From positions 20,088,001-20,152,000 of the forward strand of contig OZ024755.1 in the NCBI GenBank assembly GCA_964016885.1: a stretch of DNA of 64,000 nucleotides. Reading direction: 5' to 3'. Of the stretch, positions 12,210 through 24,312 are shown piece by piece (position 1 is the stretch's first letter; the number at the start of each line of letters is the position of its first letter). Source of the stretch: Eledone cirrhosa. Lineage: Eukaryota. The position numbers were made by a program, and so were the translations under genes. The notes below the pieces were generated by a model, which did not search any database, was not told the DNA's origin, and worked only from the letters and a program-made list of their open reading frames with translations.

Positions 12210-12321
12210 ACAGTGTTACTATTATCGGGTATAAACTTTATCAGAGGGTTTAAAGCTCGAGGCTCAGCTGAAATGTGTTAGTTTAAAAGCATGTTGACTC
12301 TTTCTTGCTTTTTAATCTTTA

Positions 12322-12326
<5 letters not shown>

Positions 12327-12392
<66 letters not shown>

Positions 12393-12431
12393 GAGAGAGA
12401 CAGACAGACAGAGAGAGACAGACAGACAGAC

Positions 12432-12522
<91 letters not shown>

Positions 12523-12543
12523 GAGGGAGAGGGAGAGGGAGAG
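12327..12543. repeat. (GA)n/(GACA)n microsatellite
   Basis: Direct inspection. Confidence 0.95.
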
Positions 12544-12605
12544 AACACTGGAAGGTAATATCCGTAGTTGTAGAGCACTCAGTCCATGGGACGAGTTAGG
12601 TAGAA

Positions 12606-12692
12606 GTGGTAAAACAACAGTTAGTTCACCATACCGAGGACAATTGTTTCACCTTAGCGGATCCTCTAAGGTGACTAACTGTTGTGTTACCA
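12606..12692 (-). mobile_element. Family H1 element, hammerhead truncated in the core, with fold-back
   Basis: Minus strand GAGGA-TCCGCTAAGGT-GAAACAATTGTC-CTCGG; 12670-12692 is the reverse complement of 12606-12630. Confidence 0.7.
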
Positions 12693-13714
12693 CATATATA
12701 TATATATATATATATAATTCTTGACTTCTCATTTTCTACCTTTGCAAAGATGACATTTACTACCATATAACAATTGCCTGTAGTCAATTTTACCATTATA
12801 TAGAAAATTAAAAATTTTATTTGCCTAAAGATAATCAATTCCTACAGGTATATATTTTTATATTTATGACATAAGTGATATTCAAGAAAGAATAAATTCA
12901 TATCCCTTTTCTTTTTTCATACCATTATTTCGATTTATATCTGAGGGAATGACAATAATTTGATAGAAATGGACCAGAGCAGAATACATAGAGGTTATAA
13001 AAAGCTTTTTTTAATTATCAAACTAAGTCCTCCAGGTAATATTTTAGAAACGAATTCTCAAATCGAGAGAAAAAGCAATTCCAAGAATCGTCCTAAAAAT
13101 TTATAGCATAAAACTATCAAACGTACAAGTAACTGTTAAAAACAAATGGAAAAATAATTTTTGTTGAAGAGTAAAAAGAGAAATACTACAGCAGAACCCA
13201 TCTTACAAAAGTACACAAGGTACTGACACAGACCACAACAGAAGAGAATATGAAAGTAACATATCATCCTCTATAACTAGAGATGAAAGAAAAGCAAACA
13301 AAATGCAGACAACTGTAAACTTATTCCTGCCAAGTAATAATAATAGGAACGTCCAATTAGTGCCAACACAAATGAAATTACAACAGACAAAAATTAAACA
13401 ATTCTTTGAAGAGATAAAATCTACAAATTAGAAGGCATAATTCCAACCAACAAAATAGCATGTAATGTAAAATAAACAAAGCTCTAATGAAACAAGATAA
13501 CTTTGCATGGGAAATAATTACAGAATAAAAAATATGAAATATATATAACTAACTTTAACCGGCTCATGTATACAGAAAAAGAGACAGGCGTCAAAATAAC
13601 ATACAAAACTATAAAAGAGAATTGGAAAACGATTTAACATGAGATAGATTGCTAGAGAAAAGAGATAGTCTTGATTTAGTACAATAACACAATTCATATA
13701 ACATATGCAAGCAT

Positions 13715-14050
13715 GGTCCCATGACTCCTGAATGAGTCGTAGGAGCATCATATTGATTTACAGTGTTGCTAGGGCATTTTAAAATCTGATGGAGCCCATC
13801 TCTCTCCAGGGTAGATTTCATAATATTTCTTCCACAGAAGGATAAATAGTGAGAGAGAGAGAGAGAGTGAGAAAGAGATACAGAGGAAGAATCGATCCAA
13901 GTACTAGACTGGCACATTTTTTATCTACCTCGAAAGGATGAACGGTAAAGTTGATTTGGCGGGATTTGAATTCAGATAGCAGAGAGCCGAGGCATATACT
14001 GCAAAGCATTCTATCCAACGTTCTAACAACTCTGCCAATTTGCTACCTCA
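13715..14050 (-). mobile_element. SINE family C (A-like head and core, longer distinct 3' tail)
   Basis: GAAGAATCGA..CAGTACTAGACTGG..TTTTATC.ACCTCGAAAGGATGAA plus tail GGGCATTTTAAA..CTG.TGGAGCCCATCTCTCTCCA; homologues at 17905, 27290, 32380, 46190, 61730. Confidence 0.75.
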
Positions 14051-14935
14051 TATAATATATATTGTAAATAAAAAAAACTCACAGAGAACATAATAATAAT
14101 AATCAGAGGAAGTTTCAGAAATAGTTGTTCAGAATTTAGTTATATATCTTTACGATCTAAGTTAAAATCATGGGTTAATTTACTTTCGCTTTCATCCTTT
14201 TGTGATCTATAAAATATGCATTTGTCAAATAGTTCTGTCTTAAGTATATAAATCATTATCAGAAGATAACTGCATCATATTTCTTAGATAAGCCGATTAT
14301 TGAAGCTAATGTGTTTAAGTTTCATCTCATTCATCTCATGCAGATAAACGAAAATTAAAGAAAGTGCCACCAAATATTAATATTTTACATAAAGTTATAA
14401 GGATTGTTCAGTTCAATAAAAGCATTGACAAGGCAGTCTTCAAAGCAGCAGTGGAATCTTGGCTTGCCACCAAAACTGAATGAAAGGAGTCGATTAACAG
14501 AACTGTTTGGCTTTGAAGAAAAAAACAACCTATAACAATTGTTGTGGTTTTTCACATTCTAAGATCAAATCTTAAATAATTACCACATTTCCCCACTCGA
14601 AGATACTACTTTTTTCTAAAATAAATCTCAAAAATCTACCATGCGGCCTGGAGGCCGAAGGTTGTTTATTTTTTTTTTTATTTTTGGTTGTCAAAATTAG
14701 AGTGTGTCCTCGAGGACGAAGCGTCTTCGGTGCAGGGAAATAAGGTACTCTTTATGGTCATTAAATAAGTACCAGTTGAGTACTGAGGGCAGTTTTTATC
14801 TTCTATTCCTATCTATCTCTCAGAATCAAGTCCACTGCACTGTGAATGAATCATCGTGGACACTCACTGTTCCCACTTCCTCCATGAAATAGAACATGAT
14901 AAAGAATCCTGTACAAAATTGCAGTGCAACTGGAT

Positions 14936-15290
14936 GGAGTGGCATGGCTTAGTGGTTAGAGTGTTGGTTAGAGTGCAATAGTGAGGTTGTTGGTTTGACT
15001 TCCCAACTGGGCAATGTGTTGTGTCTTTGAGCAAGACACTTATTTCAGGATAACCTAATTTATTCAGCTGTAGAAATGTGTTGCGACGTCACCGGTGCCA
15101 AGCTGTATCAGCCTTAGTCTTTCCCTTGGACAACATCGGTGGCATGGAGAGGAGAGACTGGCATGCATGGGTGACTGCTGATCTTCCACAAACAACCATG
15201 TTCAGACATGTGCCTCGGAGGGGAACTTTCTAGGTGCAAATACTATGGTCAATCATGACAGAAGGGAGTCTTTACAGTTTTACCCTTTTT
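14936..15290 (+). mobile_element. SINE family B, near full length
   Basis: Colinear with 4190-4582. Confidence 0.85.
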
Positions 15291-16132
15291 TAATTCAAGG
15301 AACATAATAATAATGATTTCTTTCCATAGATTGATAAGGATAAATATTTTGGAGGACAAGGTGTAATTTCATTTTGAAATAGTTTTAAATTACCCCTGAG
15401 CTGGTTTTGACAATAAGTAATTATAAATGCTTACTGTTCCATTAAATGAAATAGTTTCAGGTTACCTTATACATTTACATAACGTTAACCAAATGAATTC
15501 TCTCCTATCACTTCCATTTCACATGCTTGGATATTGATTAATGTTAATTTGTGTAATTGATGCATAAAGTGAGTGTTTGGAATGTCAACCCCATCATTGC
15601 ACCTTTGTAATGTTAGACTTAGAATGAGAGAAATTTCTGGCCTAACATTAGTATTATCACAATATCAATGGAGCGTGTGTAACTATATATGATGTGCAGG
15701 AAAAGGTACATTGAACCGTTTCATGCATCGAGAAAGTTTATAATCACTGATAGATTTCTCTTAGTTGACATTATGTGTGATAATCCTAATGAGGATTCAT
15801 CAACCTCATTTATTATTCTTCTGGATATAATACAAATCAAAAGAATCTTTACCATTTGTGTTTTAAGTCTAATGATGAATCTTGCAGAGGTGTTAATTTC
15901 ATCATGGATCAAGCAAAGGATGAATTGGATTTTAATCAAACTAATAAAATACAGAATAAAATGCCCTACAAAGCTTAGTATTCCAATAGTTTGCAAATAC
16001 CTTTAATAAAATACTAGATTTAATGAGTCAATGAAGAATCGTCAATGCAGAGGCTCAAGCTACAAATTATATTAAAGCCGTACTCATATTCAAATATGCT
16101 TACTTTATCAATTTATTTATTATGTATGTTTA

Positions 16133-16290
16133 GTAGATGGATTGGCAGTATTGGTAGAGGGTCGGACGCCATGCTTTGCAGCATAGAGTTACGGCCCTTG
16201 CCATTCTGAGTTCAAATCCCGCCAAGGTTAACTTTGCCTTTCATGCTTACGGGGTCGATTTTATTTGTGCCAAAAGTAGAAACAATTATT
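16133..16290 (+). mobile_element. SINE family A with internal deletion
   Basis: Head, B-box and tail present; AAAGTACCAG segment missing. Confidence 0.85.
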
Positions 16291-17056
16291 ATCATTATTT
16301 TATCACCCACATATAACTTGTCATATGAACTTATCTAACTTCTGTTAGCAATAATTTATTGCGCTTGTATTACCTTTACTTTTCTTTAAAGTGAACTGAA
16401 TGGTGGATATTCTCTCACGCACAGTCACAATAGACAATATAGAATGGTGAATATTCACTAACATAGTTACAATAGACAATATAGTATGGTAGATATTCTC
16501 TCACACACAGTTACAAAATTCTCTAACACAGGGTTAAAAAAATTGATTTGTTTTGCCAAGTTTATTTCATGTTATTTATTTATCACTATATGTTACCCTC
16601 TGCTTTCTTATAGTACTGTCATATCCTGAATAACTGGTTTGCTTTATTTCCTTTTATTTTAGCAATACTATACACTAAGCCCTCTTGCTTCAGGTTGGCA
16701 GATGTTTGCTTTGCTTCAGATTTATCTACCAGAAGTTTTATACACCTCTATTATTTATGTCTTATTTTCTTAGTGTCATTGTACATATAATTACTAAATT
16801 ATGTGAAAATTATTACTAATTTCTGTCATATCTCTAGCTGTCACAATAAACCTACCACTAAATATATTACTATTCTTACTCCGATGTTCTAAATGATATC
16901 AGGTAATGTAAATATCAAACTGGTTTTATTTCCTTTCCTCTACATATATAGTTCTACTGTTGCAGAAATTCACTTTGAATTAGTGATATGTAGACAAGGA
17001 ATCAATAAGGTGTTATTGGTGTATAACCACAGTTCAATACCGACCTTAAGTCTGTC

Positions 17057-17258
17057 TTAACACATTACTCTCTATATAGTATTGTATTTTTAGCTTACAT
17101 AATTGTCTCACATATAATCGAATCTATGAGATGTTGATGATATTTATTTTGAGAACAATACCTTAACATTAGAATGAGCAGCCAGTTATGGCCAGTTTGA
17201 ACAGAAAGAGGGGAGAGAATTGTGGCCGGATATGGCCGGTTTAAATGCTAAGTGTTAA
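17057..17258. mobile_element. piggyBac-type MITE, second copy
   Basis: Homologous to 11470-11860; ends GGCCGGTTTAAATGCTAAGTG|TTAA. Confidence 0.65.
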
Positions 17259-17259
17259 G

Positions 17260-17500
17260 CCAGAAGGCTCATTGGGCTGGTGCTTATCACAGTTTCATGG
17301 CATGAAGCGACTGAGTACAAGACTTCCCCTTGAACAGGACACCAGTCATTGCAGGGTTAAACCCCCAGCTATTTCTGGTACTCTTTTTCAACATAAAATG
17401 AATTGTTTTGCTCAAGAACACAATGTGCAACCCAGCCAAGAACGCATGATATTATGATCAGAAATCCAACTCTCTTACCACTAGGTCATGCACCTCCACA
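17260..17500 (-). mobile_element. Old tRNA-derived SINE with family-B-like head
   Basis: Minus strand GGAGGTGCATGACCTAGTGGTAAGAG..TTGTGTTCTTGAGCAA. Confidence 0.6.
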
Positions 17501-17904
17501 ATACTGACCTAAATCCCTCAAATCTTAATGATCAACAGGATCCCAGTTCTCATTCGTTTACTGAGTGGGGGAGTTCTCGTCAAATTGGACAGAGGAAACA
17601 AGGTTTCAATTGGTCTTTCCATTGCTGATACTATCTAGCAGTAGTATTTCCTGGCAAACCCAATTGAGCCAGTCCTATCTTGTTCAATTATAGCAGTCAA
17701 ATCCATCTTCAGTCATACCCGAAGGTTATAAAAGTAATATAAAATAAATGTAATCCTATATTTACAAAAAATATGGAATAAACACAGCTGGAAGGCTTTG
17801 ATCATATGTCTGATCTATTAGGTCTTATGTAAGACTGACATATAGATTAAATAATGTAGTCCTGTCTCATTTCTGGAATAATGGTGATCAGAGTTAAACT
17901 CGCG

Positions 17905-18180
17905 TTGGTATGGTATGGTCCCGTAACTCCTGATAGAGTCATAGGAGCACCGTATTGACATAAGGGACATTTTTCTTGGGCATTTTAAGCCTGGTGGAAC
18001 CCATCTCTCTCCATGCCTGAGTACATCAGATTTCTTCCAGAGAGAGGAAGAATCGACCCCAGTACTAGACTGGTACTTTTTTTTATCGACCTCAGCGGGA
18101 TTTGAACTAAGTGAGCAAAGAGCTGGAATGAATACCATAAAGCATTCTATCTGACATTCTAATGACTGTCAATTCACCTT
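17905..18180 (-). mobile_element. SINE family C
   Basis: Homology to 13715-14050. Confidence 0.75.
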
Positions 18181-19333
18181 AATAAACATCGAAACCAAAC
18201 CCAATCTGATTTATGAAGAAACACCACAGTCATTATATTCCCTAGCATCTTAACATAAACAAGCATAGCATGTTGTATTGCGCTCATATTTTTCTACGAA
18301 ATCCCGTTGTGGTTTCTTGCATGCAAAGCGATCATAAGATATTTCTTTTTCACAGACATTCATTGAATATATAATTATTTCTACTTTACTGATATAATTT
18401 ATCAAGCTTTGCTGTCTCTCAAGATAATGCTCATATGATATAGTTTAATTGTTCTCTCCTATATTTCTTATATACTCCGGGACAATCTTACATTCACATG
18501 TTACATCGTGTATCTACTTCTGATATTCAGTAGCTGTCCTTTCAAAGTACCACATGAAATATTTAGGCTTTGTGCATGTTAGATCCGTTTCATCTTCTAT
18601 ATTTTCAGTGACTTTAATCTTAGTCTTTGTCATACGTGAACATCAAATCATTATTTGATATGGGGTTAATTCTAGTATAATGCCATTATCATTCTAAGTA
18701 TATATTTATGTATTTTTCTTTCTGGAAAAATTATGAAAATGTCATTATTTCTTTATTTTGAAGGAAATGACATCCTATAGGCATTATAGACATAATGGAA
18801 ATACACAAGAACAGAGTAAATATACACCAAATCTTAGAAAATAACAAATTGAAACTGACTGAAAGGCTGAATATTTGACAGACATTTTGTCATAGATCAG
18901 AACATTGAACATGCCAGACATAGAATTATAGGCAACTGGGGATAGGTTTTTGAATGAGTAATTCATAATTAAATATTCACAGTAATTAATACCTCTGGTG
19001 AGAAAAAAATGATGCATTTATAATTGAGAATTTTCTGGGATATATATATATATCTCAAGTGGAATTAAATGACACTAATTCTAATCTGATATATTTTTTT
19101 TCTCCTATTTTTCTACTTAGTGTTGTTCAATTTGTATATAATCTTGTAGGTATATTATTTTAAGGAAAAGGGAAATTATTCTGTAAAATTGTTAATGAAA
19201 TTAAATAACTATATAACATGAGATATTTATGACGTCAAATAATAATAATAATAATACACTAGAATATAATAGAGATGATGGGTTAGGGTTAGAGAAAAAT
19301 CAAGCGAAGGAATTTATACGGTACCTACCTTAC

Positions 19334-19453
19334 CCTTGCCCCGCCTTGGATCCACAATTTGCAAAGTATCATCTTCAGGCACTCTCCATTTCCTGCCACT
19401 TCTTCCACCTCCACCGCCACCTCCCATTACAGAAGAGCTACCAGCGTTCATAG
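19334..19453 (-). CDS. Candidate internal coding exon of an unidentified gene (strand ambiguous)
   Basis: GC-richer island; TTTCTGGCTCAG acceptor, GTAAGG donor, 120 nt, phase 1-1, open frame MNAGSSSVMGGGGGGGRSGRKWRVPEDDTLQIVDPRRGK with varied Gly codons. Confidence 0.4.
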
Positions 19454-20387
19454 CTGAGCCAGAAATGTATTACGTGTAAGTCTTTATAGAGATTGTTTGG
19501 ACGGAATCGTTCATTCAGATATGTGTATATATCACATAAGATTCACATAAATGGCAGAGATTCACTTACATTAAGCAATTCATATATATGTTAAGCAATT
19601 CATATAGATATTTACATGTATAACAAATATACATATATAAGCATATGCACTTGCACACACAACTATAAGCATAGGTATACGTGTATGTACCAGTTTGCAA
19701 GCAGTGCTGTACTTAACATTTAAATTTCTATTATACATCAAATGTAAAAAGTTCTTTGTATGATTCTGTTATTCATGACACCATTCAATAGTGCAGTTGC
19801 TAGCAGAGTAATTGGTCCTACTTGTGTGTGTGTATGTGTGGTTTTTTTTTCTTAATTACGGAAGAATAAATATAGACACGTTATTTTTGTTCGTATACAT
19901 CTATAATGTTTTTCCCCTCACTAAACATAGTATTTAGGCTTCATGTAACAATGACATAAAATAATTACTGTATTTCCTGGTTACCAGTTTAAAGTTGTAC
20001 TGCATTTTATGTTCACGTGATGCGTCGCATGGTATGACATCACAGATTCTCGACTGAAATATAAAAGAAAATTTGTGTTGTTTGGATGATATGCTGCGAG
20101 AAAGAGTTTAAAGAATATATATATATTTAAAGGGGAGCTAACATGCTTTGTGTAGTGAGTAAAATAGAATGATTAATCAAATGAAACGAAATCCGTAATG
20201 AAAGGAAAAAATGTTAATGAAAATATTGAAAATGACGGCAAGGGAAAGCACTCTGAAATCCAGATAGAGTAAAATGTAAACAGTAGAGAGAGATGGGCAA
20301 TGAGAATATGGGGTTTAGCAAGTCTGGTTACAGAATGGATATAACTGCCATAGATTGGATGTGAAATGATGTAATTCCTAGTAGAGA

Positions 20388-20618
20388 ATAATTAAAAAGA
20401 ACAGAATATTCTATGATAACTCTTAAATAAAGGTGTGTCATGTGCAAAGGTATTCTTCAAATAAATATAAGACACATATACATACTTGTGTGTCTACATA
20501 CTTGTGTGTCTGTATGCTGATTCCTTTCTTGGAAGAAAAAACGTCTTATATTTATTTGAAGAATACCTTTGCACATGACACACCTTTATTTAAGAGTTAT
20601 CATAGAATACTCTGTTCT

Positions 20619-20627
<9 letters not shown>
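20388..20627. repeat. Fold-back inverted repeat, ~85-bp arms, abutting (TA)n
   Basis: 20388-20473 is the near-perfect reverse complement of 20542-20627. Confidence 0.9.
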
Positions 20628-20656
<29 letters not shown>

Positions 20657-20659
20657 GAG

Positions 20660-21005
20660 TGTGTAGATCCTGAGTTAAATTAGGGGTAACCACAGTTAAA
20701 AAGGTACTCAATATATTAGTAGAGAGTAAACATCATTATTTAGTATAGAAATAAAGTACCAGTAATGTACTGGGTAATTGTTGGCTTTGTGCCAAAAGTA
20801 GAAACAATTATTTAATATAGAAATGGCTTCTACAGGACTAAAATTTTCATTTGTATGAAATAACCAGCAATACCCATACAAAGAAAACAGTTCTACAGAG
20901 GCCATTTCTATATTAAATGATTATATATATGTTTATCCCAGGTTCAATCGGGGGTAACCACATTAAGTAAGGTACTCAATACATATCAGAGTATAAATAT
21001 TCTGT
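20660..21005 (-). mobile_element. Degraded fragments of hammerhead family H7, including a fold-back at 20811-20918
   Basis: GGGGTAACCACA..AAGGTACTCAATA (twice) and TTAATATAGAAATGGCTTCTACAGGACTA match 37185-37460. Confidence 0.7.
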
Positions 21006-21052
21006 ATTAAATATATATATATATATATCAATGATATTTATAAAACCATATT

Positions 21053-21113
21053 TATTCTATTATATATATTTCAAGGGTACCAAAACTTTGGTACGCTCTC
21101 ATCAGATAAAATA
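21053..21113 (-). ncRNA. Type I hammerhead (family H6), inverted copy
   Basis: Minus strand TATTTTAT-CTGATGA-GAGCGTACCAAAGTTTTGGTACCCTT-GAAAT-ATAT-ATA-ATAGAATA. Confidence 0.85.
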
Positions 21114-21207
21114 CAATGTTTGTTTTATAAATATTGACATATCCAGGAATGAGACCTTAACGGTTCAAGTTTCGACTGACTATCCAATATTTATAAAACA
21201 AACTTTG

Positions 21208-21268
21208 TATTTTATCTGATGAGAGCGTACCAAAGTTTTGGTACCCTTGAAATATAGATAATAGAATA
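21208..21268 (+). ncRNA. Type I hammerhead (family H6)
   Basis: TATTTTAT-CTGATGA-stem II GTACCAA/TTGGTAC-GAAAT-ATAG-ATA-ATAGAATA; 8-bp stem I; predicted cut after 21260. Confidence 0.85.
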
Positions 21269-21396
21269 AATATAGTTTTATAAATATAGTTTCCATTTAT
21301 TTATATTATTGATACTATACGCCAGAAAACTGTTGAGTGCTTCGAATCTGTTATAATTATATTTGTTGAATTACCAACAAATTAAATATCCCTTTG

Positions 21397-21447
<51 letters not shown>

Positions 21448-21559
21448 TATTTTGCAATACACTGTATACTTAATTAGAAGCATTTCAAAACCTTACGCTA
21501 TTGTTTTAGAGTAGTGACAGTCTCACTTACTTTAAATTTTCAGCAAACAGGGGAGATAA

Positions 21560-21604
21560 AGCTGACAGAGCTCTGTTTCGTACTTTTTGGTACTTATCAA
21601 AGCC
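21560..21604 (-). ncRNA. Degenerate hammerhead (family H8), core mutated
   Basis: Minus strand GGCT-TTGATAA-GTAC-CAAAAA-GTAC-GAAAC-AGAGCTCT-GTC-AGCT; two mismatches to CTGATGA. Confidence 0.55.
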
Positions 21605-21716
21605 AACTACTCCTCCTGTTTGCTGAAAATCATGAATGTTTGATTCTTATAGAATTCTAGTAATAATCAGGAACTGATTATACAGAGCGGTTGCCGGTCA
21701 AGCAGAAATTGAAAAT

Positions 21717-21892
21717 TAGAATTGGTGCTCTGAAATAGCGATATATATATATGAATGTATATACAGTGTATTTTGCAATACACTGTATGTTTAATTAAAA
21801 GTGTAAGGTCTTCGAAATGCTTTTAATTAAGCATACAGTGTATTGCCATATACACTATATATATATCGCTATTTCAGAGCACCAATTCTAGT
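21717..21892. repeat. Fold-back element containing a hammerhead-like 3' half (family H9)
   Basis: TAGAATTGGTGCTCTGAAATAGCGAT / ATCGCTATTTCAGAGCACCAATTCTA arms; internal CGAAATGCTT-TTAATT-AAGCATA-CAGTG; related pieces at 21443-21500 and 28434-28500. Confidence 0.7.
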
Positions 21893-21902
21893 AAATATAT
21901 AT

Positions 21903-22055
21903 AGTGGTCGTGGAGGTGCCAAGGCACAAAAGCACCCAGCACTCACTGTAAATGAGGTTGGCGTTAGGAAGGGCATCCAGCTGTAGAAATCAAGCCAGAA
22001 TCAGTTCCCGTCCCACCCTTGCAAGCAGGGAAAAGCAGACGTAAAATGATGATGA

Positions 22056-22058
<3 letters not shown>
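21903..22058 (+). mobile_element. SINE family D 3' part
   Basis: GGTTGGCGTTAGGAAGGGCATCCAGCTGTAGAAA..GACGTAAAATGATGATG. Confidence 0.8.
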
Positions 22059-22091
<33 letters not shown>

Positions 22092-22784
22092 GTAGTAGAG
22101 TATGGCTATAATATAAAGAATTGGGACTCGGCAGCTGATCTCTACAAGTATGTATGTGTGTACAGGGGGATGGAGAGAGAGAGAGAGAGAGTATGGAACA
22201 TAGGCAGTGCTGCAGTCTGCCTTCATTTTAATCTTTCTCGTAGACTAATTTAGTCAATAACAATTTCAATGGCAATAACGAGAGTGCATAGAAACATTTG
22301 CATTAGGAGTAACCTAAACAACATTCCAGAACGACATGTTGAGTTGTCTGAAATAATGAGTTATCTTTCTAAACTTCAAGTAAATTTATTTGATATAAGA
22401 TTACATAAAGAGCTTCTATATCTAAACCTTAATTTAGTTAACAATCTGGCAAAAAAACAAACAAACAAAATGGTTGAGGCAATTGAATAGAAACATTCTA
22501 TTCATATATTTCAAATTCTGATGCATGTTTAAATTATCAACTGATATGATTACTGGGGTGTCTCTTAAATATATCCCACTTCACATACCGAATCATTAAT
22601 TCTCTTACAAATCCAATAGTTTTACTTTATTTCCTGTGTAATGTGGTTAACATATTTGGCGCTTTGTGAAAATTTCCTTTTCAAATAGAATTTGAAAATA
22701 CTGAAATAATATATACACACACACACACACACATACACACACATATATATATATATATATATAAAAACACACATATTTATTCAT

Positions 22785-23090
22785 GGAGGCACATGGCTTA
22801 GTGGTTAGAGCATTGGCCTTGCAATCGAAAGGTTGTGAGTACAATTCTTAGACCGGGTGATGTGTTGTTTCCTTGAGCAAGACACTTTGTTTCACATTGC
22901 TCCAGTTTACTCAGCTGTAAAAATGAGATGATAGGGACTGGGGTCCATATCATTCCACTGCAAAGTGGTCGTGTAGGTGCCACGGCAAAAAAGCACCCAG
23001 CACTCACTGTAAATAAGGTTGGTGTTAGGAAGGGCATCCAGCTGTTGAAATAGCCGGAGCTCAGCCGTCGGGGTCCTGAATCTTTTCCTA
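22785..23090 (+). mobile_element. Composite of SINE B head, SINE D body and family H2 fragment
   Basis: GGAGGCACATGGCTTAGTGGTTAGAG.. to 22927; GTGGTCGTG..GGCATCCAGCTGT to 23045; then TGAAATAGCCGGAGCTCAGCCGTCGGGGTCCTG. Confidence 0.75.
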
Positions 23091-23097
23091 TATATAC

Positions 23098-23134
<37 letters not shown>

Positions 23135-23138
23135 TAAC

Positions 23139-23266
23139 AGATACTTATTAAAATAACAGATTAAAGTTTAAGCTGCTTTCACCCTTAATGGGATCTTTAG
23201 ATCCCATTAAGGGTGAAAGCAGCAATTCTTTGCTTAAATTTTAATCTGTTATTTTAATAAATATCT
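23139..23266. repeat. Near-perfect palindrome pivoting inside a hammerhead core (family H10)
   Basis: TGCTTTCACCCTTAATGGGATCT-TT-AGATCCCATTAAGGGTGAAAGCA; degraded homologue with CAGAAGA core at 41877-41946. Confidence 0.8.
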
Positions 23267-23372
23267 GCTCTATGGTTCTTATATATTTGATATATATTTA
23301 TCCTTATCGAGCCTTCTTTGGATTTTAGTCTTCACATTTATTATTATTACTATATATATACATATACATATA

Positions 23373-23745
23373 TCATCATCATCATCATCATCATCAGGCT
23401 TAGCGTCCGTGTTCCACGCTTGCATGGGTTTGGACGGGGGTTTTCCCACTTGAGGCAAGAGTGGTTGTCTTGCTCGCATAGGACTGTCTGGCGGGTTTTC
23501 TACAGTTGGATGCCCTTCCTAACACCAACCACATTTACAGTGTGGGGCTGGGAGGTTTTTACCGTGTTGCCTACACGGCCACATTACAGCGTGGACTGTC
23601 TGGCGGGTTTTCTACAGCTGGATGCCCTTCCTAACACCAACCACATTTACAGTGTGGGGCTGGGAGGTTTTTACCGTGTTGCCTACACGGCCACATTTAC
23701 AGCGTGGACTGTGTGTTTTTTTTTCGTGACACCTACACGATCTCA
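23373..23745 (-). mobile_element. SINE family D 3' part with internal tandem duplication (~115 bp)
   Basis: GGACTGTCTGGCGGGTTTTCTACAG.TGGATGCCCTTCCTAACACCAACCACATTTACAGTGTGGGGCTGGG occurs twice. Confidence 0.8.
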
Positions 23746-23769
23746 TTTGTTTCGGCCTGGATGTTGTGG

Positions 23770-23995
23770 GACCAACATAACTTTACATTGAAGGGGCGGT
23801 GTGGATGGGGTGGAGGTGGTGGGACGGGCGTGTGTTTTGATAGAGATGCCTACTGACTGTAGTAGGTTTTTACTTTGTATTTAGGTAAGGCGGGTCTTCT
23901 CTATTACTGAGTACCGCCAAAGGTCTCGGTCCAGTGACATTGTCTTGGAGAGGTGTAAGCGTGTGAGGTCGGAATTTATCACCTCGTCCCATGTT
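23770..23995 (-). mobile_element. 3' end of an RTE-clade LINE
   Basis: KTWDEVINSDLTRLHLSKTMSLDRDLWRYSV matches the RTE C-terminal KTW...DR..WR pattern. Confidence 0.7.
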
Positions 23996-24015
23996 TTATA
24001 TATATATGTATATAA

Positions 24016-24066
<51 letters not shown>

Positions 24067-24142
24067 TATATGACTATTCAAGCAGAACTTAAAACGATAA
24101 GTTCTTGTTTTGAATATGTCACTATCTGTAAAACAACCTTTA

Positions 24143-24204
24143 TATGTTATCTGATGAGAGCGTATAAAAAATGTTGGTACCCTTGAAATATATATAATAA
24201 AATA
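24143..24204 (+). ncRNA. Type I hammerhead (family H6, third copy, stem II decayed)
   Basis: TATGTTAT-CTGATGA-GAGCGTATAAAAAATGTTGGTACCCTT-GAAAT-ATAT-ATA-ATAAAATA. Confidence 0.75.
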
Positions 24205-24312
24205 AATATGGTTTTATAAAGATAGTTTCCATTTATTTATATTATTGATTATATATATATATATATAGAGGAGGTTATAGTTCACTTGAAGCATTGTGTA
24301 ATGGGGTATAAA

